Source of the DNA: Octopus bimaculoides
Taxonomy: Eukaryota
DNA length: 64,000 nucleotides
NCBI RefSeq assembly: GCF_001194135.2
Contig: NC_069003.1
Span: forward strand, 24,094,281-24,158,280
Direction of reading: 5' to 3'
A program made the translations under genes and the position numbers. Shown here piece after piece: positions 51,600-63,892 of the stretch. The notes beneath the pieces were generated by a model that made no database searches, was not told the origin of the DNA, and saw only the letters and a program-made list of their open reading frames with translations. The first letter of the stretch is position 1. Every line of letters starts with the position of its first letter.

Positions 51600-51864
51600 G
51601 CATGACATGACCAATGCCCTAGCAGCATTCCTGGAGTCCTTGTATATCTACAACAAGATTGATCCCAACAACAGTGCCAAAATTGAGGTCCTTAATATGA
51701 TTGCCCACTGCAATCTTCTCCAAGAGTCATTCGATAATGCCAGAGAATATTTCCAGGATGTTCTGCAAGTCAACACCAGAGCATCTATGAGCTGTGTCCT
51801 AGAAGTCGAAGGTTACGCAATAGCTATGGAACATCTTGTTTATCTCAGTTTTGAGAATTGTGAG
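51600..51864 (+). CDS. Gene A exon 9, TPR (MHDMTNALAAFLESL...HLVYLSFENCE)
   Basis: attacag|g acceptor, gag|gtatgg donor; 265 nt, same length as paralog B exon. Confidence 0.9.
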
Positions 51865-52104
51865 GTATGGAAACGACTGTGCTTTATTGTTTGTTGTTTG
51901 CTGCAATAGTTGTTGTTGCTGATGATATCACTTCTATATATATATATTCATGTATATGGCTGTGTAGTAAGAAGCTTGCTTTCCAACCCCATGGTTCCAG
52001 GTTCAGTCCCACTGCTAGAACCTTGAGCAAGTGTCATTTGTTTATAGCTGTGGGCTGACTAAAGTCTTGTGAGTGGATTAGGTAGACGGAAACTGAAAGA
52101 AGCT

Positions 52105-52144
<40 letters not shown>

Positions 52145-53022
52145 ACCGTAAAAACCCATGTAATTTGCACACCTGTGTAATTTACGCAGGTGATTTTCAG
52201 GATAAGGATTGTTAGAAAAAAAAGCTTCTACTCATGTAAAGTTTGCACCCAAAAGTTTTCAGAATTGCCGATATGGCCAAGGGGGAAAGGGTTTCAATTT
52301 AGTTGTATTTAGCATAATTTCACTTACTTATGATTAGATTTTATTAAATTTTCATTAAATAAAAATAATTTCTGTTTAACAGGTATCACATCAAAAGCTA
52401 TCAAATTACGAAGTGTTTGTGTTGTTTATAATAAGCTTTATCTTACATTTCTTGCCCACAAGAGATTATGTCTGATTTTTAGCCTGCTTCTGTATGTCTT
52501 CTCAAATCGTGATCACAGGAAAAGCAGTTGATAATTCTTATCGACAAAAACAAAGCTGATAAATACACACAAGTGTTGCAAAATAAGTTTAATTACCAAT
52601 AAACATCAGCTTAGATGACACTTTACTCAACTGACAGAAGAAGTTAGCCGATCAAACTGATTATGTAAACAGAATTCTAATTGGTCAAAAGTGCCTTCTT
52701 GTCTCAAGCTCTGATTTTCGGCCTATTCTTGTTGGAAACTTTGATACGGAGTATCGAAATTTTAATCCCTTTCACACATATAAAATGTCAAGCAAACTTA
52801 AAAATTTGTCTTCATGTTCTGAGTTTAGATTTCACCGAGGTCAACTTTGCCCTTCATCCTTTCGGCATCGATAAAATAAACACCAGCTGAGTACCGGGGT
52901 TGATGTTATTGACTTACCCCAACCCCCGTCCCCAAAATTGCTGATCTTGTACCAAAATTTGAAATATATATATATAAATGTTTGTTTATGAAATTTAATT
53001 CTATATATATATTTTTTTCTAG

Positions 53023-53340
53023 ACCCAGATGGCTGCTTTGGAGACTCTTTTAGAAGAATTACGTCAGATCAATATACTTAGCGTTAATTTAGAACAAAAA
53101 ATGCAATATTCAAGTGCCATTGCCAAGTACCAAGGACTGAAAATAAAACTTCTTAAAAAATTCGACTACAACAGCAAACGAACTGGCCTCCTTATAAATT
53201 CACTTCCTGTAATTTGTGACTTCTGCCAGGATTACAAACGTTATGTAAATTGCTCACAAGAGAATTATACTTTTAAGTTATGTGGATTGAGATCAATTAT
53301 AAATGACTTTGATCTCCAAGAATTAAGTCTTCAAGATTAA
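53023..53340 (+). CDS. Gene A terminal exon (helical region plus CxxC-x8-C-x9-C tail)
   Basis: ttttctag|acc acceptor, phase 0; ends ...LSLQD-TAA; homologous to 23354-23055. Confidence 0.9.
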   Translation, partial: TQMAALETLLEELRQINILSVNLEQKMQYSSAIAKYQGLKIKLLKKFDYNSKRTGLLINSLPVICDFCQDYKRYVNCSQENYTFKLCGLRSIINDFDLQELSLQD

Positions 53341-53730
53341 ATGATTATTTTACTAACATTGTTCGGAATTTTTTCATGGAAACGGTTTATTGAAAGAGAA
53401 ATGTTGAATCAGATGAGACTAAATTCTTTATTCTATTATATTCTAATATACTGTTTAGTTCACCAACTGTGCAAAATATTTTATATGTGTGGTGTATGTC
53501 TGGGACCCAATATTTATATATTACCATTTATTGCCTTTCTGCTTTCAGTTCAACTATTAAAAATAAATTATTTCACTTTAAAGAGATTTGTTGTGTAAGG
53601 CTGCAGCGGTGCAAGAAGGTACAAAGTAAACAAAACAAAACAAAGTAGCAGTTTAACCAAATATTTTTATGTTTTGGGGCTATGACCTCTTCAGTTCTAA
53701 ACTTAAGAGATGAGGAATTATGTACATTAT

Positions 53731-53938
53731 TTACATTATTTACATTTGACGGGTATTAGTCCTCATCTTGTTTGTTGTTAACACGTTTCAGCTGATATAC
53801 CCTCCTGCCTTCATCAGGTGAGAACCCAGGTTCGAAATTTCCCCCAAGACACCTGATGAAGGCTGGAGGGTATATCAACTGAAACGTGTTAACAACAAAG
53901 AAGATGAGAACAAATATCTGTCAAATGTAAATAATGTA
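53731..53938. repeat. Inverted pair of hammerhead-containing tails (~90-bp arms, 29-nt spacer)
   Basis: CTGATGA...GAAAC core on both strands; other sense copies of this tail at ~34825-34990 and ~44755-44918. Confidence 0.85.
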
Positions 53939-54059
53939 TGGCGTCTTCTTCAGGACATTTGGAAAAGCAAATGTTGCTTAGACGTGTGGAGGAGGAAGGA
54001 GAAAGGGAGCACCCCACATATCTGAGCAATGACTTTTTCCATCCCTCGCTTTTTCCAAA

Positions 54060-54083
54060 TTAGGGTTAGGGTTAGGGTTAGGG
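54060..54083 (+). repeat. (TTAGGG)4 interstitial telomere-like repeat
   Basis: Four exact hexamers. Confidence 0.8.
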
Positions 54084-54310
54084 TTATAGCCTTGAAATAT
54101 AGAAATACAAGGTAAAACTGCAACTTTGTTTTGTTTTATTTTATTTTCCTTTTGTAGTTTACTATCTACCTACTTACATGGCTTCTCAACCACATCATTG
54201 TTCTGGGTTCAGTCCCACTGCATTGCACCTTGGGCAAGAGTCTTTTACTATAGCCTCGGGCCGTCCAAAACCTTGTGAGTAGATTTGGTAGACAGAAACA
54301 GTCCATCGTA

Positions 54311-54361
<51 letters not shown>

Positions 54362-55004
54362 ATATCTATCTATCTATCTATCTATCTCTCTCTNNNNNNN
54401 NNNNNNNNNNNNNNNNNNNNNNNNNNNNNNNNNNNNNNNNNNNNNNNNNNNNNNNNNNNNNNNNNNNNNNNNNNNNNNNNNNNNNNNNNNNNNNNNNNNN
54501 NNNNNNNNNNNNNNNNNNNNNNNNNNNNNNNNNNNNNNNNNNNNNNNNNNNNNNNNNNNNNNNNNNNNNNNNNNNNNNNNNNNNNNNNNNNNNNNNNNNN
54601 NNNNNNNNNNNNNNNNNNNNNNNNNNNTATATATATATATATTTAGGTGTGTGTCTTTGTGTCTGTGTTTGTCCTCACCCCACCATTGCTTGACAACCGA
54701 TGTTGATGTGTTTATGTCCCCACAACTTAGTGGTTTGGCAAAATACACCAATAGAATAAGTACCAGGTTTACAAAGAATAAGTCCTTAGGTCGACTGCTT
54801 TAACTAAAACAAAAAAAAAAACTTTTTAAGGCGGTGCTCCAGCTTGGCCGCCGCCGTCGAAATGACTGAAACAAGTAAAAGAATATAAGAATGTTTCACC
54901 ATAACTTTGCAACCACATTGTTTCAGGTTCAGTCCCACTGTGCAGCATTTTAGATGTGCCTTCTACTACAGCCTGGGCTAACCTATACTATGAAAACTGT
55001 GTAG

Positions 55005-57280
55005 AGGCCTATTGTGACTGAGATCCATTTCCTATCTCTATACTGGCTTTGATCTAAAAAAAACAAAAACAAAATATATAATACTGTGTAACAATTTTCT
55101 TTTGTCTTTAGTGAGTAAGTATCATTTCTTATTTGCTTCTATCTAGAAATCAAAGGAAACGACTACTATCCCCTTCAAACTTTGCTTTTGTCACCTGGAC
55201 ATCAATGTTTTAAAACTGACCTATTTTCCATTACATCTCAGACGGATTCAGCGCTGAATTGCAGAAGCAGGAATATCGTTATAGCAAATATTCTTCTCGA
55301 TACGACAGACGTGCTTGTCAGTTGCTTGACCTTAACCATTTAAGCATGTCCCTCTGATGATGGGCAGGACTAGTCGGGGAATACATTAACTATGTATTGA
55401 GAGGGATTCTTCGAGATTTAAATGAATGTAAGAAAAACAAAGTTTGAAAGAAATATTAGACGTATTTCATACTTTCTTGGGTAAGCCAATATGAAATAAC
55501 AGTTGCTACCAAAGGAAAAACATCGTGTTACACAGTGTAATTATTAGTAGTGAAATATTCTTATTACAAGCATTTTCACAGTTACTGTGTATTTTGTTAA
55601 TATTTAATTTTCTTCTTTATAGTTACTCCATATAAAACTACTTCAGTTTTGTCCAAGATTGTTTCAATTGCACATACCGGAAAGGAAACTAAATTTTAGA
55701 AGAAACCGGTTTGAAAATTTAGTTTCCTTTCCGGTATGTGCAATTGAAACAATATCTATTCAAATAGCCACTTATATAACAGACTTCCTATATGCTCTAT
55801 AAGTGCCTATTGCCGAAGGTTAGATACTGCAGTATTTTTTATTTTATATATATTTTTTTTTATGAGATAACAACTCTAAAAGACTTGATGTGTTAAAAAC
55901 ACAATAAATACCACAGAAAGAAATAAAAATTCGTACCAGCAGTAGTCACTAAACGCACCCAATGCATTTTGGCCTTTTGGGGGCTGTTTAGTGCCACATT
56001 CTTGTATGAGAATTTGTTGTCTCTGATATAGGAAAAAGTGCATGAAACATTCACTGATGTTGCGAAGAGCTCCCCGGCTGAATAAAACTCTGGTACATGC
56101 AATTGAGTGAGCATTTAATTAAAATAGCCTTATATGTATTATACTTAACGTATACTGTCGATAGGCCATTTTCTACAGTATTTGTTCTGTGGTAACATCC
56201 CTGACGGACTTGTGTTAAAAACACAATAAATATCCCTACAGTAGATAGCTGTCGCTGGTTTCCAGTTAGATCGGTTTCATCTTTGGTACATAAGATATGT
56301 CTGGAACCTAAACAACGGAATGATGCCACCGAGGAGATAGACACGGTAGGCAAAGTGAAATTCCTTAATATATATATTGTATCAGTGATATTTCTATCCT
56401 TTTGGGTGTTATTCACGTTTGTTTCTTTTTACTAATGATTGGACGTGATTTCTTCAGAAAAAAAGCCTCACTTCTTCCAGTGTAAATCTTTTATGAAATT
56501 CGGGAATTCCAAATTTAATTTCCAGCATATTTAATTGTTGAAGGGGGTGGTATACATTTCATTCCTTTACTGATAATATATCATGTCTATTTGCATATCG
56601 TACATCTGTTTGTATTTCAACCCATTACTGTCTATATCTATATGTGTCGATGCTCATACTTTTTGTGAAGGTTTATTTTCGGGACCTTGTGGCTGAGATC
56701 ATTTTCTATCTCTATACTGGCTTTGGTAAAAAAAAAAAAAACCAAAACTAAGTAAATAGCACCGTGTAAGAAAATTTTGATTTTTTTTAGTCTTTGGTCA
56801 GTAAGTGTTATTTCCTATTTGCTTCTATCTAGAAATCAAAGGAAATGACTACTATCCCCTTCAAACTTTGCTTTTGTCACCTGGACGTCAATGTTTTGAA
56901 ACTGACCGATTCTCCATTACATTTCAGACAGATTCACCGCTGAATTGCTGAGGCAGGAATATCGTTATGGCAAATATTCTACTGAACACAGCAGGTTTGC
57001 TTGTTAGTTGCTGGGCGTAGTCCACTTGAGGATGGCCTTTAGTGGCTGCCAATACGTGTGTTTCTGACGATAAGCAGGAGTAGTGGGGCAGTATCATAGT
57101 TATGTGTTGAGAGGGATTCTGTGGGGTTTTAATAAATGTAAGAAAAACAGTTTGAAGGAAATATTAACCATCTTTTATGCTTTCTTGGCTAAGTAAATTT
57201 GAAATAACAGTTGCGACCCAAGGACAAAAATTGTGTTACACAGTGTAATTATTAGTATGGAGATATCCCTATTATAAGTC
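55005..57280. repeat. Unclassified ~580-bp dispersed repeat, direct copies at ~55005-55580 and ~56686-57280, inverted partial copy at ~33000-33375
   Basis: Shared blocks such as GACTACTATCCCCTTCAAACTTTGCTTTTGTCACCTGGAC and GTGTTACACAGTGTAATTATTAGTA. Confidence 0.8.
55658..55753. repeat. Perfect 40-bp inverted repeat with 16-nt spacer
   Basis: ATTGTTTCAATTGCACATACCGGAAAGGAAACTAAATTTT and its exact reverse complement. Confidence 0.95.
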
Positions 57281-57536
57281 AAATTAATAGACCCCAGTGT
57301 TTATTACTTTTTAAACCGGTACTTATTCTATCGGCCTCTTTTGCCTACCGTGTCTATCTCCTCGGTGGCATCATTCCGTTGTAAACGCATCAACACAGGC
57401 TAGAAATATTAATATATATATACATATGCATTCATATATATATATATACATACTCACAAGTATTGTAGATATATAGATGTACTATAGATAGATTAATTAC
57501 ATGCATGTGCATGTGTGTATATGTATGTGTGTATAC

Positions 57537-57585
<49 letters not shown>

Positions 57586-57591
<6 letters not shown>

Positions 57592-58687
57592 GCGTAAGCT
57601 ATTTTAGGACATGTTAGTTTTACTATACCAGCATATTTCTCAACTTAATATTTTCTATATTTCAGAATTGTCAATGGCAGACCCTATGGTTAAACAAGAA
57701 ATGAAGAGGCACGCAGTGATCATGGTTATAAAGGCTGAGCTTAGCAATTTAAAAATAGCGCAATTTTTAAAAGTTGCTAGATCCTTCGTCTACAAAATTC
57801 GCAAGGAGTTAGAGGCTAAAGATGAAAATGTATCGTCAGCATCAAATCGTAAGAAACACCGAAGACGCACTGATACTTTTAGAACACCAAAATTTATTCA
57901 ACAAGTAAAGCAGACTATTGATGAAAATTCCAGAAGATCCATGAGGTTGATTGCAAAAGAACACCATATGTCAGAAGGAACAATCCGAAATGTTGTCCAC
58001 AAAGACATCAGATACAAATCTTATGCGATGAGAAAAGGTCATTTCATATCAGAAACAGTGAAGGAAAATCACTTAATCAGATCTAAAAGACACCCGAACA
58101 AACTTAAAAACCCAGCAGAGAAAGATGTCATTTCGTTCTTCTCAGACGAGAAAAACTTTGATCAAGATCAGAAAGTGAACAGAAGAAATGACAGATGGTT
58201 ATGTGCAGACCCTTCGGAAGTTCCAAGAGTAATGCGTACAAAATTTCCTGCAACTGTAATGGTTTTGGGGGTTGTCAGCAATGAAGGACATGTGATGCCT
58301 CCTCACTTCTTTCCACAAGGACTTCGAGTAAACTCTGCTGCCTACATAGATGTTCTGAATACAAAGGTTAAGCCATGGATCGATAATGTATGCAACGGAA
58401 GACCTTATGTGTTTCAACAAGACTTAGCACCATCACACAAGGCTACAGCAACGCAGGAATGGATGGTGGAAAATTTTCATGACCACATAACCCCCAACAT
58501 TTGGCCTCCTAGCTCCCCAGATCTCAATCCACAGGACTACTATGTATGGAGCGTATTTGAGAAAGAGGTTAACGAGCAACCTCATAACACCAAAGAACCC
58601 CTAAAAGCCTCCATAGTCAGAGTAATGCCCATTATGAACACAGACCACTTGATCCTAGCTTATATAGATAAACAGACAGACAGATAG
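57586..58687 (+). mobile_element. Tc1/mariner superfamily, maT (DD37D) transposon, 3'-truncated, transposase ORF from ATG 57674
   Basis: FSDEK...FQQDLAPSH...WPPSSPDLNPQDYYVW with 37 residues between second and third D. Left end TAGGGTG after a (TA)n tract; C-terminus and right TIR replaced by microsatellite. Confidence 0.9.
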
Positions 58688-59070
58688 CTCAGTTGCGCGT
58701 GTGTGCATGTGTATGTGTGTGTGTGTTAGTGCGTTTAATCGGGCCGAAGCAGTTCTGCTAAACACGTAGACTTCACGAGTTAAAGGAGGATATAACAAGA
58801 GATATTCTATTAAAGTGTTCGGTTTGCGGGATGTTGACTTCGCTTCCAGTAGACACCAATGGTAAAAGCTAATTGAATGCTCAACCTCACTTAATTTGTG
58901 GTCTTAGCACTTATGGAGATGGAACAGGATGTCAAAATAGAAGTATGCCTACAATGTATAAGTGTGCATGTTTCTGTATGTACATGTGTATGTGTGTGCG
59001 CGTGTGTGCTTGTATAAGTTTATGGGTGGTTATGAGTGTACGCACAGGTAGCTGTGTGTCGTGTGTGTGC

Positions 59071-59107
<37 letters not shown>

Positions 59108-59388
59108 TGTGTGTGTCTGTGAGTATGTACATATGTATGTATGTATGTATGTGTTGATTTGTGTGGACGTGGGTATTTGCATGCACATAAGTGATTGCGA
59201 TTCTATGTGCGTGTGTGTGTATGTGTGTTGTGTGTGTTGTGTGTGTTGTGTGTGTTGTGTATGTTGTGTGTCTGTGTGTGTATAAGAGCGTACAAGTATT
59301 TGTCTACGTGTCTCTCCATGTGCATGCTGCACAGGTTTATGTGTATGTATGTGTATATGTATGTATGTATGTATATGCCTATGTTTGA

Positions 59389-60035
59389 ATCTTACTATAA
59401 TGGGCGTTATGTCCGTCTGTTTGTCCGTCTGTCTGTTTCCTCTTTACGGTCAAACAGCTGGACCAATGGTCATGATGTTTTTCAGGATTACGAAGGAGGT
59501 GATCAAGAAGGTTTTTAGCGAAAAATGTAAAAAAAGTATGATTATTTAGTGGATATTGAGTTTTGTATTAATAAATCACCATTGATTTTTTTGTTAAAAT
59601 CCCGGCGACGCGGATTAACTCTGGATTTCTTCCCCCCCCCCACCCGTATAGTTCGTGAATTTAGAAGGTTTAGATTTGTGATACTATCCCTTTATTTCCC
59701 ACCGTAGATGGGCAGATTTGCTATCTTATTATAATGGACGTTATGTCCGTCTGTCTGTTCGTCTCTTTGTCTGTTCCCTCTTCACGGCCAGACGGCTGGA
59801 CCAATGGTTACGATATTTTTCGGGATTACAAAGACGGCCGTCAGGAAGGTTGTTAGCATTAAAAAAAATCCGAAAGTATGATTATTTCGTGAATATCGAT
59901 TTTTGAATTGATAAACCACCTTCGCATTTTTATTAAAAATTGACCGACCACGAGTAACTCTGAATTTTTATCGTATAGTTTCGTAGCCCCATCGTAGATA
60001 CGAAGGGGGTCGCGAGGACGGTTAATAGCGAAAAT
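59389..60035 (+). mobile_element. Tandem DINE-1/Helentron-like non-autonomous units (~334-bp period); further copy 61250-61580
   Basis: TCTTACTATAATGGG start, (GTCT/GTCC)n tract, CGGCTGGACCAAT block, 3' stem-loop near 59986-60010. Confidence 0.65.
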
Positions 60036-60274
60036 AACATGGTAAAAGTGTGTGTCAGTATATAGTGTGTGTGATTATTTTGTGGTAATTGAAGTGTGTC
60101 AGCTTCGAGCAGGATTCGAAACAGCTAATCGAAGCGGCTGTTGTTTCCATCTCAGTTTTGTCAATTAAAATAACCCATGGTTCTAGAACATCCAGACATT
60201 ATTCGAATAAAACAGTGAGAGGTAAGTCTTAGTTTGATTTATTGCAACCCTAAAAATTCCACTCATGCATTCAG

Positions 60275-60435
60275 AGCAAACAAGGCATAGGCCCAGACTT
60301 TAGATCGTGTAGGTGTATTTTTACCCCTCCAATGTTTGCACATTGACAGTTATACGTTGCTGTGAGTAGAGCAACAGACGCCAGAATATTAGTGTCGAAT
60401 AAACAGAAAATATCGTCTCCAAAGAAGTTTTGTAA
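60275..60435 (+). mobile_element. Helitron PIF1-helicase C-terminal remnant
   Basis: NKA*AQTLDRVGVFLP / PMFAH*QLYVAVSRAT / ENIVSKEVL* matches Helitron helicase motifs V and VI and terminus. Confidence 0.8.
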
Positions 60436-62345
60436 TCATGTTGACATTACCGAAAGGATTCATAATTTAAATATAGAAATTTGTGGACTTTGAATGTATA
60501 AGAATATAAAATAGAGTAAACAACTAAAATAAAAGTATATCTATATAACATTTTTTTCTTAATAAATTTTATGCAGTGGTCGAAGGAAGGTCTGGCTTTC
60601 GTTAGGAGTGGTTCACATAACCATTCATGATACAGAGTTCGGGAGTAAATCGTCATCACATGTCACAGTCGCAAACACATGTCATATAGCTGCAACAGAA
60701 TGCTGCATCACCAACAATAACATGATTTCTCTAAGACATCACCCAGTAATCTGTCAAGTGCATTTACACATTTCTCAATACATACTGCTGTTATGACTTC
60801 CCCACCTCATTTTATGCCTCATTCGTAAATGCGTAGATTTGCTAGTGTGTGCAACTATGCATGTTTGTATATGCGTATGTATATATATACATATATATAT
60901 TAGTGTGTGTATGTATGTGTGTGTATGTATGTATGTATGCTTTTTCTTTGCGTTTAATTCATTTTGTTCTTGAGAGAGTTTAAGCTGGTCACTAACAAAG
61001 CAACAAACATTTTGAGTTAAGAGAGTTCCTGGTGTTTGTAAATAGTGAAAGAGCCGGTTTCTAACCCAGATCCAAGACTCCTACGCTGAAATTTCAACGT
61101 CAACAGGATATTTGTGCATGTATGTGTGAATACGTGCAGTATTTGGAGCCAGTGCATGTGCAGATCTCTATGTTTTGTTTTATGAATGTATTCTCATACA
61201 TACAATTGCACGTCTAGGCATGTACATGTATACCTAAATGGTAAACTTCAGGAAAATTTTAAAGATTTTTACGGTTCCAGTGATGGCTGGCTTGAATCGA
61301 AAGAAGTAATCAGTAAGGTTTTTAGAAAAAAAATTGGGAAAAAGTATGATGATTTATTGGATATTGAGTTTTGTATTAATAAATCACCATTGATTTTTTT
61401 TTTGTTAGAATCCCGGGGATGCGGATTAACTCTGGATTTCTTCCCCACCCCCGTATAGTTCGTGAATTTAGAAGGTTTAGATTTGAGATACTATCCCTTT
61501 ATTTCCCATCGTAGATAGGCAGGTTTCCTGTCTAACTATAATGGGTGTTATGTCCGTCTGTCTGTCCGTCTGTTTGTCTTTTTGAATCAGCTTTCCTTTT
61601 CTGGTTTTGAGAAGCTTAATTTCTCGAAATTGGCACTCAGGCAATGTGTGTGTGTGTATGTATGTACGTATGTATGTATGTATGTATGTGTGCGTGTGTG
61701 TGTGTGTGTTGTGTGTGTGTCTGTGTGTCTGTGTTTGTGTGTGTGTTTGTGTGTGTGTGTTCCTGTAGCTGATTGTGTTCGTGAGTGAAGTGAATATGTA
61801 GAATATTATCTTGCCAATAAACGAACGAAATATTCAAGTGAAGAACTGACAAGTGTAGCAAAAAGAACTTTTTTTTTTGTAATATCAAATGACAGGGATG
61901 AAGGGGAGGGGGAATGAGGGGGCGAGAGGGAGAGGGTGAGGAGAGGGAGANNNNNNNNNNNNNNNNNNNNNNNNNNNNNNNNNNNNNNNNNNNNNNNNNN
62001 NNNNNNNNNNNNNNNNNNNNNNNNNNNNNNNNNNNNNNNNNNNNNNNNNNNNNNNNNNNNNNNNNNNNNNNNNNNNNNNNNNNNNNNNNNNNNNNNNNNN
62101 NNNNNNNNNNNNNNNNNNNNNNNNNNNNNNNNNNNNNNNNNNNNNNNNNNNNNNNNNNNNNNNNNNNNNNNNNNNNNNNNNNNNNNNNNNNNNNNNNNNN
62201 NNNNNNNNNNNNNNNNNNNNNNNNNNNNNNNNNNNNNNNNNNNNNNNNNNNNNNNNNNNNNNNCTAATATATACTTTTGTTATTTACACCACCTGTCCTC
62301 GTCTGTTGTTATTTTTTGTATATTCTCCCATATATATATATATAT

Positions 62346-63539
62346 ATACTAACTGAATAGCCCGTCGTGTTGCCGGGCAATTTCTACAATTTAATGTCTT
62401 ATATCAATTTTTGTTTATTCCATGTCATGCTATGCTTTCCTCGACAGATAGGCTTCTTGATCAGGACAGATTTGTGTAACTTTTCGCAAAAAACTTCGTT
62501 CAGGATTTTTTCCTTTTTAAATTATTTACATATCCGTTCGACCATTTGACATGATTTTATTTATTAAAACTTCGGAAGTTCTTAGAACTTTAGTCTTTGT
62601 AATGCTTCCCTTTCGTTTGTTTAATAAAATTTCCTCTTCGTAATGATTTTGCTTTCATTTGTGTGATAGACAGCTATTATGCAGAAAATGCCAGCTTCCA
62701 AATCTTGTTTTCTGATTAGGTAAAATTGATTAAACTTTAAACAGCAGCAACATTTTTCTGCAATTTTTTCTGGAGCAAATAAATAACAAAATCAGATTTA
62801 ACGTGGAAATTATTTCAATATACCAAATTTGAAAATTTTGACGTAATTTTAAAATTTCACAATATGTGACAGTAACAGGGAAGACCCTACAAAAGTAGAG
62901 AGACAGACGTGGCACACACATACACACACACACAGGTAATCACGAGTTTAAGATGGTGTATAGTAGACATATGTATGTATGTACGTACGTGTGTATGTGT
63001 CTGTGTGTGAGTGTTTCTTTGCGATGGACAATAGAAAAGCCACCTACCCCCTCTCTCCTTAAAGCTACGTATTCCTCACACCTACTTTTCTCTCCCTTCC
63101 TCGGCGTTTTAAAAGTTACTTGTGTATGTGCATGTGTGTGTGTGCGCATGTGTGTATGTGTGTATGCATGTATCGATGTATTTATGAAAGTATGTAGGCA
63201 GCGTCGTGTGTATATCCCTGAATGACAGCTGTATTAACGTTATAACCCCACTGTCACTCCATATTTGTCGCTTACACAACGCTGTCTCCTCTTCCCTGAT
63301 ATCAGCCACACTTACTATGCCACCGCATTTCCCTCGCACTAACACTCTTACACCCTTCTCATTCTATCAAATAACAGCCCAAACCCACTAAGGGACCCAT
63401 TATAGAATTTTATTGAAATCTAATTAGCCTATAATTGAACTGGATGTTAGTTTGATATGTATGCAAAGTTTTGTAAAGATTGGTTCGCTGGTGTAGGCAG
63501 CAAGATGGTTACAGACTGATCGACAGAGAGAAATTGCCA

Positions 63540-63545
<6 letters not shown>
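62346..63545 (+). mobile_element. Further Helitron-like fragments (5' end at 62346; Lep1-like piece 63390-63545)
   Basis: TATACTAACTGAATAGCCCGTCGTGTTGCCGGG terminus; CAAAGTTTTGTAAAGATTGGTTCGCTGG...GTTACAGAC block. Confidence 0.5.
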
Positions 63546-63579
<34 letters not shown>

Positions 63580-63810
63580 AGTGTTTGAACCCCACCTCCG
63601 CTTGACAACCGGTGTTATTGTGTTTTCGACCCCCCACGTAACCTGGCGGTTCGGCAAAACAGAACTGATACAGTAAGTAGCAGGCTTTACAGAGAAAAAA
63701 ATTCCTGGGGCCCGATTCGTTCGACTGAAACTTTTTCAAGGTGGCGCTCCAGCATGGGCGCAGTCTAATGACTGAAATACGTAAAAGATAAGTGGACGGG
63801 AGAGAATGGC

Positions 63811-63892
<82 letters not shown>

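Noticed and set aside
52145-52700. Tc2/pogo-like element starting TACCGTAAAAACCC
   Set aside because: Only one terminus is suggestive; no matching TIR or convincing transposase frame found.
54060-54083. Telomere or chromosome-end signal
   Set aside because: Only four units, with ordinary sequence on both sides.
55940-56370. Possible antisense exons (EFYSAGELF...; EFHFAYRVYLLGGIIPL)
   Set aside because: Weak acceptors, no consistent phase chain and no recognisable homology.
1289-62352. Numerous listed ORFs containing X runs or (YI)n, (CV)n, (HT)n, poly-N/I/L
   Set aside because: Artefacts of N gaps and microsatellites.
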